Shown here one piece after another: positions 23,032 to 36,620 of a DNA stretch of 64,000 nt. The translations under genes and the position numbers were made by a program. Under the pieces are notes generated by a model. It worked only from the letters and a program-made list of their open reading frames with translations. It was not told the DNA's origin and made no database searches. Each line of letters starts with the position of its first letter. The first letter of the stretch is position 1. Source of the DNA: Strigamia acuminata (taxonomy: Eukaryota); assembly GCA_949358305.1 (NCBI GenBank), contig OX442314.1, forward strand, positions 14,136,001 to 14,200,000. The letters are read 5' to 3'.

Positions 23032-23849
23032 CGGTCGCAAAGACCGCTAACTTTATCGCTGATAGGTTCCAAAAAGGCCTAGCCGCTTCTACGATCACGG
23101 GGAATTTGGCTGCAGTCACTGCAGCGGGCCTCATCTCTCCCTTGGTCAGGGATGACGAAAGAATTGTTCGCATGTTAAAAGGAGTTTCAAATTTGCGACC
23201 CAATCTGCCACGATACGCGGCAACTTGGGACATGGGTTTAGCTCTTAACGAACTACGCAAGCTTTGGCCACACGACAACTTAGATTGGAGATGTCTGCAA
23301 GAAAAGACACTAATTTTGCTTGCTTTAACCACGGCAGCTAGAGTAAGCTCGCTGCAACAATTAAAAACCTCGGAAATGACTATGTCAACTGACGCCGTAA
23401 TTTTCAATTCTAAAACTATGCACAAGGACTCTCGTGCCGGCCACCATACGGTTTACCGGGTTGCCCCATTTTTACAAGAACGGGCTATTTGCCCTTTTAA
23501 GGCGTTGCACGATTTTCTGCAGAAAACAATTGATTTACGCAAGGGAAATTACCTTTTCCTAAAGCTCCAACCTCCTCATGCTGCGCCTACCAAGGACACC
23601 TTAAGGCGCTGGATAAAAAATTTTTTAAAGAAAATTGGTGTTGGACAAGAATTCGGAGCGCACTCGACGCGCTCCGCAGCCACCAGTGCTGCCGTTAATA
23701 CGATTCACGTGCAAGAAATTTTATCTGTTGCGGGCTGGACGTCCGAACAGACATTTGCCAGGTTTTACAACAAAACCATTGTAGATCAAAATGCTTTTCA
23801 AAACTCGGTCTTAAATAGACCAGTGCCAAATAATTTGTCTAAAAAATAA
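22701..23849 (+). CDS. DIRS tyrosine recombinase (overlaps the pol 3' end in another frame)
   Basis: Catalytic set R (TTAARVSSL), K, HSTR, GW, and Y (FARFY). First ATG at 22701; frame open from 22548. Confidence 0.93.
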   Translation: MDDPSVVRPLAGMLDSRPGIIPSQEPSVVGTPAECRVPLASPAAPWLQNLWRDRQTEGFSRDAAELFTAGWRPATISTYSAGVKRWTEFCGEGTPHPDPLPLNLEPPLGLAVAKTANFIADRFQKGLAASTITGNLAAVTAAGLISPLVRDDERIVRMLKGVSNLRPNLPRYAATWDMGLALNELRKLWPHDNLDWRCLQEKTLILLALTTAARVSSLQQLKTSEMTMSTDAVIFNSKTMHKDSRAGHHTVYRVAPFLQERAICPFKALHDFLQKTIDLRKGNYLFLKLQPPHAAPTKDTLRRWIKNFLKKIGVGQEFGAHSTRSAATSAAVNTIHVQEILSVAGWTSEQTFARFYNKTIVDQNAFQNSVLNRPVPNNLSKK

Positions 23850-24487
23850 ATAAATTGTCTAGTAACTAAAAATTACCATTTCAAAATAAAAAACTGTAAA
23901 ATATATATTTTCGTTTCAAATATTTTACCTAACTATCCTGAGAAAAGACTATCTCTCAATTCTCCTGTTAAGCCGAAGATTACTGAGAGAGAATGTAATC
24001 TCGGCAGAACGAGTGAAGCGAAGCGAAGCGGAGCGAGCGAGTGAATGCCGAGAGCATTCTCTCGATGTAATCGTAGGTTTCACAGGACCCACCAACCTCC
24101 CTGAACACCACACCTCCGAGATTCACAAATAAATTATAATTTAGAAAGAGTTATATCATAAACTCGCCTACCGTCATCGCGTTGCTCCTGATGATGACTC
24201 CATTTTGTTTTTTCCTTCACTTCCTCTTTTCTACAGGATATACTTTTAAGACTGACGTAACCCGACTAGTAGCGCCATCTCCTGTGAAACCTACGATTAC
24301 ATCGAGAGAATGCTCTCGGCATTCACTCGCTCGCTCCGCTTCGCTTCGCTTCACTCGTTCTGCCGAGATTACATTGTCAGTGCACGTGAGAGGGTCCGGG
24401 CACACTTCAGCGCCACCACGTGACAACTTTTGACCCTAGTTTTTACGTAAGTTGTTCGAACGAAGTCGTTCATAAACTAGTCGCTTC

Positions 24488-24499
24488 TTTTGGCGGGAA
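24488..24499 (+). promoter_or_regulatory. E2F-type site upstream of POLA2
   Basis: TTTTGGCGGGAA lies 39 bp before the ATG of a replication gene. Confidence 0.55.
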
Positions 24500-24537
24500 T
24501 GAATACTTTGTAGAAATCGTGTGGAACACTCGAAGAA

Positions 24538-27156
24538 ATGTCTGTTGTTGATAAATTAATTCAAGAATTGCGAAAGGAATGTACATTTTTAGCAGTCAAC
24601 CAACTTGCCGATGACTTAGTTGACAGAAGTGAGTTTTCAGATCTAAAATCGTAAAATTCATAAAATATTTGTTTACTTATTTACTAACCTTTTTTCAACG
24701 AAGTATGTCAACTCTGCCTGGAAAACCGAATAACGGCCGAAGAATTCGTGTCTACATGGATCGCTTTTGTCTCAACAAAAGGCTTATCCAACTCGGAACC
24801 AACTCTAGAATTACTAGAACAACTTAATAAAGACCAAGTAATACGTGTACTAACCATTACAATTTTATAAAATATTCATTTTTCTTGTGTTTACAGGGAT
24901 TAAGGAAACAAAACAACGAAAAAGCCAATCCCAAACAGGGCAGTTTAAATTTCCACGATGAAACGTATGATGAAAATATTTAAAAATTGACAACATTTTC
25001 GTAATTACTTTTAATTCTTATTGGTAATCAGCATGGATGAGGATACCGAAGAACTCTTGGAAGCTTACGGCACTCCAATCATGAAAGCACAGGCATTAAA
25101 ACGGCAAATTACACCAGTCGCAGGCTTAAATAAAAGACGGCTTGGGCAGAAACAAAGTCCTTTGCTTTTTTCACCGAATAGTTCTTCCCCCGAAACGTAA
25201 TGTCAACTTGATTATTTGTTAAAACTTAAATATTGATTGTATTTTTTTTTTACTCCAGCATTACTTCGCCCGGCAACAAGTATACTTTAAGAACTAATTC
25301 CGGTGACGTGTTGCTGTCGTTTGGCAATGCTTCAGAAGTCAAATGGGAAAACAGTAGAACGGAATTTCCAGTTATTGTGCATCCTTACGACGAAGCTTCC
25401 ACTCTGACGAAAAAATATCGATATTTATACGAAAAATTGCCCGAAAAAGCTCAGATTCATAATCAATGGCTTGAAGACATGGGTTTACAGTTGCATAAAC
25501 TTCATGATTTAGCGTACGCTTTGCCAGCAGATTTACGGATAACTGTAAGTCGATAGCATTAATTAATTAATCAATTAATTAAATATTTTCAATTTTTATG
25601 TTTTTAGATGAAGCACACTATATTAGGTAGAGTGTGGACCGATGGACTAGGAAAATTAAATATCAATCAATTAGTTGTGGAAACTCCTGTTCATGAGGGA
25701 AAATCGTCTCGTATTTCAATAGATGTGAGCAATTTACCAAAATTTTCGATTTTTCCTGGTCAGGTATGTTTTAAAACAATTTGGAGAAATATCAAAAAAA
25801 AATTTTAAAGGCTGGTTTTTATATTCTTTTTATAGTTAATAGCAATCGAAGGTGTTAATTCTCAAGAGAAATTCTTAGCTGAGAAAATTTACGACGGTAT
25901 TTTGTTGCCTTTCTCACAATTTATTCCGAGTAATAAGGAGAGTCAAGGTAAAGTCATGTTTGGAAGTGTGAAACAAGTAATAAGATTTTTGCTTTTATTT
26001 TTAAAGAAGCGTTACACATCGTGGTGGCTGCTGGTCCGTACACCACGGCTGATGAATCGACGTACAATGCACTGATGGATTTGCTAAATTATCTTGAGAA
26101 ACACCAACCTCATGCTTGCGTTTTAATCGGTCCGTTTGTAGATAGCAAAAGCAATGTGCTTTCAAAACATTTCGCCATGCAGGTTCGAGTTTAAATGAGA
26201 TTGAAATGTGAAATTTGTATTTAGTTTAACGATTTTTATTTTTAGGATTCTGAGTTATGCAGTTACGATGACGTGTTTCAATCCTTAATTAAAATGATTA
26301 CCAGTAAAATAGACAGGTAACGATGAATGTCGATTAAAAATTAGTGTAAATTACAGTGTTGAATTTGTTTTTACAGTTCCAAAACGCAGTTAGTAATTAT
26401 TCCATCGCTCAGAGATTTACATCATAACCATTTCGTGTTTCCCACTGCGCCGTTCAGTCATCCGGAATTGGTACGCAAAGGAAATGAAATGTTCATTTCG
26501 TTTTATAACTAATTTTATTTTTGCAGAAAGGTGTTCATTTTATGCCGGATCCGTGTGTATTGGATATCAACGGTGTTGTCATTGGGATAACTTCGACCGA
26601 TATTTTATTTCATCTTGGCAAGGAAGAATTATCGTCGTAAGAAAAAGACTCGATTAACTCTTGTATTATGGTTAATATATTTCATTTATTTATTGTATAG
26701 TGTTGGATCAACAGACCGTTTTGGCCGTCTCGCAAGTCACATTTTGAAACAACAAAGGTACAGATTGTAAACAAAATTAGCAATTTTGTTCTTTTAAAAT
26801 AAAATTGATTTCATTGTAGTTTTTATCCACTCTGCCCACCTCACGAGGATGTAAATATCGATTACCAACATTTGGATTTGCATGGAGGTTTGCCGGTTAC
26901 ACCAGACGTTTTGATTTTACCGTCGGATTTCAAACATTTTATTAAGGTAAATCTTACTATTTCCACACCCTGCTTAAAATATAAAAATCGACACATTTTC
27001 TTACAGAATTTGGACGGTTGTTGCTGCATTAATCCAGAACGCCTTGTAAAGGGTATCTGTGGAGGAACGTTTGCAAGAATTCAGATAGAAGCGCACACAC
27101 GGAACCAGAATTCATCCATTATAGAATCTATCGCGGCACAAATAATTAAAATATAA
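24538..27156 (+). CDS. POLA2: DNA polymerase alpha subunit B, multi-exon
   Basis: Spliced exons give FSIFPGQVIAIEG, HIVVAAGPYTT, VLIGPFVD, IPSLRDLHH..VFPTAPF, DPCVLDINGVVIGITSTDILFHLG, FYPL, PDVLILPSDFKHFIK, CINPERLVKG..GGTFAR. Confidence 0.93.
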
Positions 27157-27275
27157 TGTCTGAAATTTTTTTGTTATTAAAGGATATAACTTAGAGAAAA
27201 ATATTTTCTATTTTTGTAATTCTTTACTAAATGATCGATGTATGTATACAAATGAATATAGATTTTCTTTTTCTT

Positions 27276-28790
<1,515 letters not shown>

Positions 28791-29286
28791 TACGAGAATA
28801 GAATTAAACAAACAACTGAAAACAAGAAATCTGCTCTTGTGTATTTGTAGCGCGCGCCACAAAGTGCTTGGCGGACTCGAACTAATACCGCATAATAACC
28901 AAAATGATGTCATAACACAAACTGGCATCATTATGACATCATTTTGTATTAAGTCACAATACTACAGTATTTTTTTAAATTTTAATTCTTATTTAACACT
29001 AAATAATACTAATTATATCAAAAGTTGTTACAGTTTACTTAAGGCGGTAAAATAATTTTTAAACCAATCGTATTTCAGTATTTCATCCAAGCAGTCCTGC
29101 ACATCCGTTTGCCTATGGTGACCACGTGAGATAAATACGAATACAATACGACACAATACGAAGGTAAATGCAGTTTGTCACGCAGCTGATACATTATTTG
29201 TGATTTGCTAATTCGTTTCTTATTTTATTTATAGACGGAAGTCAACAATTGTTGCTTGGTAAAATTCTCCGACCTTTAATTTTGCA

Positions 29287-31332
29287 ATGTCAAACAACAG
29301 CGAAATGTATGAATCCTGTATTGCCGGTTTACAATACGCCAAATCAGATACAGAAAAATTCGCCGCTCTGCTATTAGTAACTAAAATAGTCAAAGCTGAA
29401 GACTGCGATCGCGACAGCCGCCGAAAGATTTTCGATGCAATCGGATTTAATTTTGTTGAACGATTACTTAATACCAACGACGTGCCCGAAGGATGTCCAG
29501 TTTACATTTTCAAAGCAATTGGTTTGACTTTACTGTCATGTTTTTGCATGGAACCCGATATAATTTCCAACGAAAACGTGCGTTCCAAACTACCAGATTT
29601 GATGGATTTAATTCTAACTGCCGGTCAAAGCCGCGCGGAGCAAGAGATGATCAATGACGCATTGATTTGCATATCAAGCGTTATTACTTTGAACATTAAC
29701 GATCCGAAAATCTGCAAGGAAGTCGTACCAAATTTAGTTAAAATAATCATCAACGAGAAACACGGATGTATAAAATGTGTGGATTTGATTTGCGATTTAA
29801 ATCTACACTTGGGCAGCGTTTGCTGGCAGAATCGTGTCGATTCGTTCGACATTTTAATGAATTTTTATTCCGGAAAATTCGTTAATGACTACAGTGAAGA
29901 AAAATTTACATTATGCAAAAGAATCACAGCTTTGACAGCGAATTGCCCGTACAGAACCGCGAGCGACCAACCGTGGTGCCACGAAATTAGAAAAGGATTG
30001 TGCGAAATCTTTTGCAGCAAAGTCGCGTTACCACAACTCCACCCTGCTCTGATGCTGACCACGGCCATGATTGAACGGTTCGGCGTCGACTGGGCTTTCG
30101 TTGAAAACAACAAATTTTTTCTCATTTTTGCCCAGCTCACTTGCATAGAAGTGCGCATGACGGTGGAAGACCGGAACTTAGAACAAGTGATCGAAGTCGG
30201 GCCACTTCTTACGTCCTGTTTCGTCTCATTGGAGAACATCATCGCCGTCCTCATCAACAAAGTTGAGGAAATCGAGTACAATCAGAGACAGCAACTCCAC
30301 GCGGCACTCACCGCAACGATGAACGGCGTTTTGTATTTTCTTAGCAACGAATCGAAGAAAATGGACTCGCTCGCCAGTTTACCCGCGATGGAAAAACAAG
30401 TGATTTTTTCCTGCGTGCGAGTGGTCGGCGCTTGGTTGGCGGAAGAGACTTCGGCGTTGAGAGACGACGTGTATGCGATTCTGCCTTTCATTATCCATGT
30501 TGCAGTATTTGACTTTGAGAATTGCAATGACGGTTTGAATATTCTCAGGTTTCTACTGCCAGGACTGTGCCATCTTACAGCCGAGGATAAACCGAGAAAT
30601 ATTCTAATTGGACTTAAATTCCACGAGATTTTACTCGATTATATGCTTCAAGCGTGGAAATTATTTAAGATTTCTCCGGGAGATGGCGATGAGCGCAAGG
30701 ATTCGTTGGTTACGACGTGCGGAATTTTCATGAACATAATCGTGCTGGATGCGCGTTTGGTGGCGAATGTTAAAACGTTTCAGAAATTGCTGCGTTTTGT
30801 ATTCAGCGCGTTGCCAGAACTGGAAAACGAGGCTCAGCACTTGATTCTAATTGGGAATTTAACGCTGATTGGACTTATGCTGCTTCGCCATTACGCTAAT
30901 GAGGTGAAGCCATGCGACGATTCGATTGATTTGTTTTTGTCCAGCTGCATTAAATTCTTGGCTGGGGCTCATAATGTAGAAGATTCGAGTGGTTGTGATG
31001 GCGTGGTGGTCGCGAAGGAATACAGGGGTGTTTGGGATGAGATTGGGGAAGTTTGGTATTTGGGAATGCGAGCGCTCTCTGCGGTTTTAAAGGAGTTGCC
31101 TTGGATTGGAAAGGTTGTTTTGGATAGTGGTTGGATTGATGTGATTGTACAAATATTGAGGAGAATTAAAGCTGGAACCATTGATGGGAGTACCGTGAAT
31201 GAGTTGGAATATTTTTTGTGTTGTTTAGTACCAACTGATGTGTGTATTCAACAGATTTTAGTGAAAGAAGGGGGAAGGGAGTTTTGCATTACACATGGAA
31301 TGAAGGAATTAGAAAAGTTATTGACCAAGTAA
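29287..31332 (+). CDS. NCDN: Neurochondrin homologue, copy 1 (intronless, 681 aa)
   Basis: AKSDTEKFAALLLVTK..IFDAIGFNFVERLL, CIEVRM, VRVVGAWLAEETSALR, LRFLLPGLCHLTAED. Confidence 0.9.
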   Translation: MSNNSEMYESCIAGLQYAKSDTEKFAALLLVTKIVKAEDCDRDSRRKIFDAIGFNFVERLLNTNDVPEGCPVYIFKAIGLTLLSCFCMEPDIISNENVRSKLPDLMDLILTAGQSRAEQEMINDALICISSVITLNINDPKICKEVVPNLVKIIINEKHGCIKCVDLICDLNLHLGSVCWQNRVDSFDILMNFYSGKFVNDYSEEKFTLCKRITALTANCPYRTASDQPWCHEIRKGLCEIFCSKVALPQLHPALMLTTAMIERFGVDWAFVENNKFFLIFAQLTCIEVRMTVEDRNLEQVIEVGPLLTSCFVSLENIIAVLINKVEEIEYNQRQQLHAALTATMNGVLYFLSNESKKMDSLASLPAMEKQVIFSCVRVVGAWLAEETSALRDDVYAILPFIIHVAVFDFENCNDGLNILRFLLPGLCHLTAEDKPRNILIGLKFHEILLDYMLQAWKLFKISPGDGDERKDSLVTTCGIFMNIIVLDARLVANVKTFQKLLRFVFSALPELENEAQHLILIGNLTLIGLMLLRHYANEVKPCDDSIDLFLSSCIKFLAGAHNVEDSSGCDGVVVAKEYRGVWDEIGEVWYLGMRALSAVLKELPWIGKVVLDSGWIDVIVQILRRIKAGTIDGSTVNELEYFLCCLVPTDVCIQQILVKEGGREFCITHGMKELEKLLTK

Positions 31333-31922
31333 AATTTTATTTTTATAGATTTTTGGTCGTTTTGTATTTTGTTTGTAATGATCATCACATTTTTTTTCTT
31401 CCGTTTTGTATGTTGCAATAAAGGTTGAATTTTGATACATTATATAAAGCTTCTAATTTAGTTATCAAATCAAGGTGTAACTCGGGCATGCGCAAACGGC
31501 GCGGAAGTAAAAAATAAAAGTAATAAAACTTATGACGTCAAACGGCACGTGCGCCGATTGAACTCAAAATAAAACACGTTTGAACCAGAACAACGAATTG
31601 AATTTATTATTTCCTCCGATTTCTGAATGAGTAAATCAAAATTCTTACCATTCTTACGACATCGATAGAGATAAATTTTAACCAATCACATTATTCCTTA
31701 CCCCACGTCTCGGTGTGGAAAATTCCAAATTCTATACCACAGTATAGAGAAGAGACAGTAGGGCAATGTGTGGTAATCCCTGGCCTGTAGTTGCATCTGC
31801 GCATGCGTCTAACGCCACCTGGCGGCCATCTAGTATCAACCTCGAGTTTTGTATTGTGCACATGTAGTATTTTTATTTCGTGTTTCCAAAAAACATAATA
31901 AAAACATTATTTGCAACTTATA

Positions 31923-34900
31923 ATGAAACTAAACGGTGGGAGATATTGTGGGGCACTTCATTGCAATAATAATGCAATAAGAAATCCAACGTTATCATTT
32001 TTTAGATTTCCTAAAAATCCAGACAGGTAAATATTATCCAAAACTTGTTCAAACACCATTAAATTTTTAATTTTTTATCGTAATTTGTGAAAAAATCGAG
32101 ATAAATCGTTAAAAATATTGTATTTTCGCACAAAATCATTACTTATCGTTAGAAAATACATTAATTTGTCACAAAATTGCAATAAATAGTTAGAATTTAT
32201 CGTAATTTTTCACAACATATATCGTAATTTGTCAAAATCACATTATTTATCGTTAGAAAATACCGTAATTTGTCAAACAATTGCGATAAATTGTTGACGA
32301 ATATTGTAATTTGTCAAAATCATCATATATCGTCGAGAAATCGTAATTTCAAACAAAATCGAAGTAAATTGTGATAAAATGTTGTAATTTCACACAAAAT
32401 CGAAGTAAATTGTGATAAAATGTTGTAATTTCACACAAAATCGCAGTAAATTGTGATAAAATGTTGTAATTTTACAGAAAATCGCAGTAATTTTTGATAA
32501 AATGTTGTAATTTCACTCAAAATCGAAGTAAATTGTGATAAAATGTTGTTATTTCTTTGCATTACATTTTTTAATTACATTTTTAAAATTAAATAGAAGT
32601 AAACGATGGTTAATAAACACGCGCCGCTCAGATCTGGATGGAGAAACGACAGATTATTTATATAAAAATATATGCTTGTGCAGCCAACATTTCACTGACA
32701 GTATGTTCATGAATGTCACGGAACGAAATTCTCTAGTATGGAATGCTATACCAACAGAATTTAGTGTTCCAAACAAGCCAAAAGCTCTTGAAAATAAAAG
32801 GAAAACCAAATCTTCACTTGGTTTGAGAACAGGTATATCTTTTGGTTAAATAATTTTGGTTAAATAATAATTCCTTTAAATTTATAAAAACTACAGCTGA
32901 TAATGAAAATCAAAGTCAAACCCAAAAAAGAAAAAGAATTGTCAAAACTGACCCAATCAAGAAATTTAAAGAAAACAAGATTCCTTTCATCAACAGTAAT
33001 TATTTAAACAAACAATCTGACATTTGCTTAATTAAATATAATGATTTCTCCAGGCCCTCCATTGGAAAGTAGTAATTATTCTGACATCACTGCAAACAAT
33101 TCCATTGATTGTTATGTCAGTGATGACAGTGATGACACTACGAATCAGACGAAATCAGCCGCAACAGAAGTTCAAAGTTGCAAACAATACACGCCAAGAA
33201 AAAAGAAACTGCAGATGCAAATAACCAATTTACGCCGAAAACTTAAACGCTCTGAAGATTCTAAACAAAGGCTGTCATCTACAACAAAACCAGTGTCAAC
33301 AAATGATGCCTTAAAAGTTCTTGAAAACAAGCTAACTCCTCTGCAGTATGAACTTTTAAGAGCGCAAGTCAAAACAAGCAATGAAACATCAACATCCAGA
33401 AAACATTGGTGCCCAATAATGAAAAGTTTTTCTTTAGGTTTAAATTATAAGGGTGCAGGTGCTTACAGGTATGTAAAAAATTATATTCGCTTGCCATCTA
33501 AAAGAAGTCTTCATAACTTTTTACCTCAACAAATCCTAGATTGTGGATTGTGTGAGATAGTAATAAACTCTTTGCAAAAACCTAAACCAAACGAATCTAT
33601 ACTCTGCTCACTGTGTATAGATGAAATGAGTTTAAAAGAACATTTATTCTACTGCAGTAAGAGAGATATAGTAGTAGGCTTTGAGGATAATGGTATTGTA
33701 AATGGGCACAAAAAAGCTAACTCAGCATTAGTTGTAATGTGCCAAGGTTTATTAAAGAAATTTAAGCAGCCTGTTGCATATTCTCTATGCAATGCATGTA
33801 CTAAAACAGAGAATGTTATAGCAATAATTAATAAGTGTGTCCATTCTCTTGACAAGGTTGGGTATTGTGTGGTGGCAGTGATTACGGATCAAGGCCCTAA
33901 TTTCTTATCAATGGCTAATGAATTAGGAGTAACAACAGAAAAACCATATTTCTTTATTAATTCAAAAAAAATATTTTATATGTACGACCCCCCCCATCTC
34001 TTGAAAAGTATTAGAAATAATTTTATGAAATATACAGTGCATTTTGAGGGAAAGACTGCTTCATGGGATATAATTAAATCTGTGTATTTGGAGGACAAAA
34101 AAAGAAATTTTCGCCTTATGCCTCGAGTCACTGAAAAACACATCAATGTAACAAATTTTGGAAAAATGAAAGTTAAACTGGCTAGTCAAATTTTTAGTCA
34201 CTCTGTTGCTGCAGCAATTGAAACGGAAGTGGCTAAAGGTTTTTTACCTGCTAAGGCATTAGAAACAGCTGATTTTGTTGGGAGAATGGACAAATTGTTT
34301 GATTGCTTTAACAGCAGTAACATAAGTTCAAATAAACGTTTCAGACGAGCTATTGGTGGGAAAAATGGGCAAATTGAGGATTTTATAAAACGGGGATTGT
34401 TATGGATGGGTTCTCTTCAGTTCAGAGACACAAAAACAAATAAAAATGCAAAAAGTATAAAATGTGTACGTGGATGGCTCACAACAATGAATGCTTTGCT
34501 TCAGTTAAAAAAGTATTTAGGAGAAGAACCAAACAATGTTACTTTTTTGTTTACACGAAGGCTTAACCAAGATTCTCTTGAAAATTTTTTCGGCATAATT
34601 CGAAGTAAGGGGGGATTTAATGACAGACCTACACCCATACAATTTCAACGTAGCTTTCGTCAAGTTTGTATGAACAACATGTTACAACCTGGTATTAATG
34701 GAAATTGTCTTGATTTTTGTGAGGATTTAGCCACAGATTTAACTACATTAAACAATGTTGACTCGTCTTTGGATTCAGGAAATAAAATTCACTTGCTTTC
34801 AATGACATCAAATATGAACACATCTGAATATATTTTTCCGGAATTAAAAGTTGAGTCGCCATTTCTTAATGAAAAGGAATCTTTCTTTTATTTTAGTGGA

Positions 34901-35323
34901 TATTGCTTGAAAAAAATTTTATTAGAACATGAGTGTAATCAATGTCAAATTGAGCTAAATGGGACTAGGGAATTGGACATGCCAGAAAAGTTATTCTGTT
35001 TTTTTAAGGCATATGATAATAGTGTTGATACATTTGCTAATTTAAAAATTCCTTCTAATTTATTTGTAGAATTTTTAATGGAATGGGAAAAAATTTTTTC
35101 GCTGTTGTTTGGTTTGCATGGCAACAAACCAAATATTAAAAAGTGTATAACTTATAAACTTAAAGAAGTCCCTTGTACATTCAGTTGCACTGATTTTCCA
35201 ATATTTAAATTATGTGAATATTTTTTGAAAGTGAGAATTTACTACACCATCAAATTTCATAATAATAGCCATAATATTAAAAAACCAACTAATTCAAAAT
35301 TAAGCAAATTAATTCATGCTTAA
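31923..35323 (+). CDS. THAP-domain P-element transposase, 4 exons, ~902 aa
   Basis: Exons 31923-32026, 32597-32832, 32897-32995 and 33054-35323 join in frame. THAP C2CH (CGALHC..FFRFP..W..LCSQHF..AIPT); catalytic IDEM, TDQG, DPPHLLKSIRNN, KMKVKLASQIFS, QDSLENFFG. Confidence 0.92.
32060..32550 (+). repeat. ~42-bp minisatellite in transposase intron 1
   Basis: Repeats of AAATCG(A/C)AGTAAATTGTGATAAAATGTTGTAATTTCACACA, degenerating towards the 5' side. Confidence 0.85.
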
Positions 35324-36620
35324 ATTATTCACAACAAATTAAATCCTGATTGAATTTTTTAATTTAGCAAATGTAAGATTATTCTAATATTTAATATATT
35401 GATTTTTAATAAGTTTTTAATCCGTGATTGGAATTAAGTTTGAGTTTTTAATGTTAATTTTTTTAGAAATGGATAAGTCTAGTGAACTTTTTGTTGCGAG
35501 ACTTGCAGTTTCTGCCTGTTTATTGCCTGTAGATACAGTGAAGCAGAGGAATTTTGAGTTCTAGTACAAAATGTTGAATCACGCCGCTTCAGCAGTCTAA
35601 AAAGAAGTTGCTAAATGATGGAATCTACCAATTCTTGATCCCAACTTATCTAATTTGTCTGCTAGAAAAAACAAATTTTGGGGATAGCAAATCCAACTCT
35701 CTACCTCCTCGTGGTTATCTCTGGTGAAAACAAAATGAGAGCAATGGTACTTTAAAATGATTTAATAATAAAATGGTGAATTGAAATAATTACAACACAT
35801 GGTGCTCGTCATTCGTAATTTGCAAAGATGTGTATTTTTGCAAATTGATTTAAAAGAAGAGAAAAATAAGTAAAATTGAATTTAGAATGTACTTAAAACA
35901 TTCCTATGAAGCATAAAAACAAAGATTTCACATCGTTGAATGATCAACTCGTTGAACTTGTTCGGTGTGTATTTTTCTGGGACGTACAACGGTGTTTTTC
36001 CGGTTCGTTTAGCCGGCGATCAAACAATCGATTACGATTTTTCTTTGGTTGGGATTCGCACTCACGGTTCATTCAACTCGTACACTTCGTTCGGGAATGT
36101 ACGGTCGATTCGCAGTGTCATCGTCGTCGTTTCCTTCAACTGCATGCGTGCTGTGACGCGGGTGCAACGGTGATCATGCCGGGAATTTACGGACGATTCG
36201 CAATGAGTCTTCGTCGTCTTCGTCTTCGTCTTCGTCGCTGCTGTGGCAGGATTTTAAAATTTTAACTATTTTCATCAGTTTTCATTTTTAAATTAAGAAA
36301 TCAGTGTGCTTTTTTCTTTCTTTTCATAACTGTTCCATTCTGTGAAAAGAAATGGAATTTTCAAGGAGAAATCCAATGGTGTTCTAATTAACTGTACTCG
36401 ACCACCACTAGAGGCGCAACACTATTTCTTGACATTTTATGACGTTTCGTGACGTCAGCTACATGCCACCAACATCAAAGGAACCGCGCAACGTTGCCCT
36501 ACTGTCTCTTCTCTATACTGTGTTCTATACGAGTGCGTCAATATGACGTCACGTTTCAGATGTATACTACAAACCCGCCGCCCGAACCCGAACTCAGCAC
36601 TATCTTACTTTCTCGACACG

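Larger units (their letters stand above)
19510..24375 (+). mobile_element. Full-length DIRS1-type tyrosine-recombinase retrotransposon
   Basis: Left terminal repeat 19510-19569 and right terminal repeat 24253-24375 share a 33-bp perfect inverted segment (19537-19569 / 24253-24285). An internal complementary region at 23961-24087 is the reverse complement of both termini joined at CATT. CATT is present at both junctions. Encodes gag, RT, RNase H, MT and YR. Confidence 0.96.
31738..36522 (+). mobile_element. Full-length P-element/THAP9-superfamily DNA transposon (4785 bp)
   Basis: Perfect 29-bp TIR CACAGTATAGAGAAGAGACAGTAGGGCAA (31738-31766 / 36494-36522). Perfect 8-bp TSD TTCTATAC (31730-31737 / 36523-36530). 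Confidence 0.96.

Noticed and set aside
29625..31181. Antisense ORFs over neurochondrin (and similar ones over DIRS, AUH and the dehydrogenases)
   Set aside because: Shadow ORFs of real coding sequence.
35906..36265. 119-aa plus-strand ORF within the P element
   Set aside because: Low-complexity, repeat-driven and without recognisable homology; kept only as an unexplained segment.
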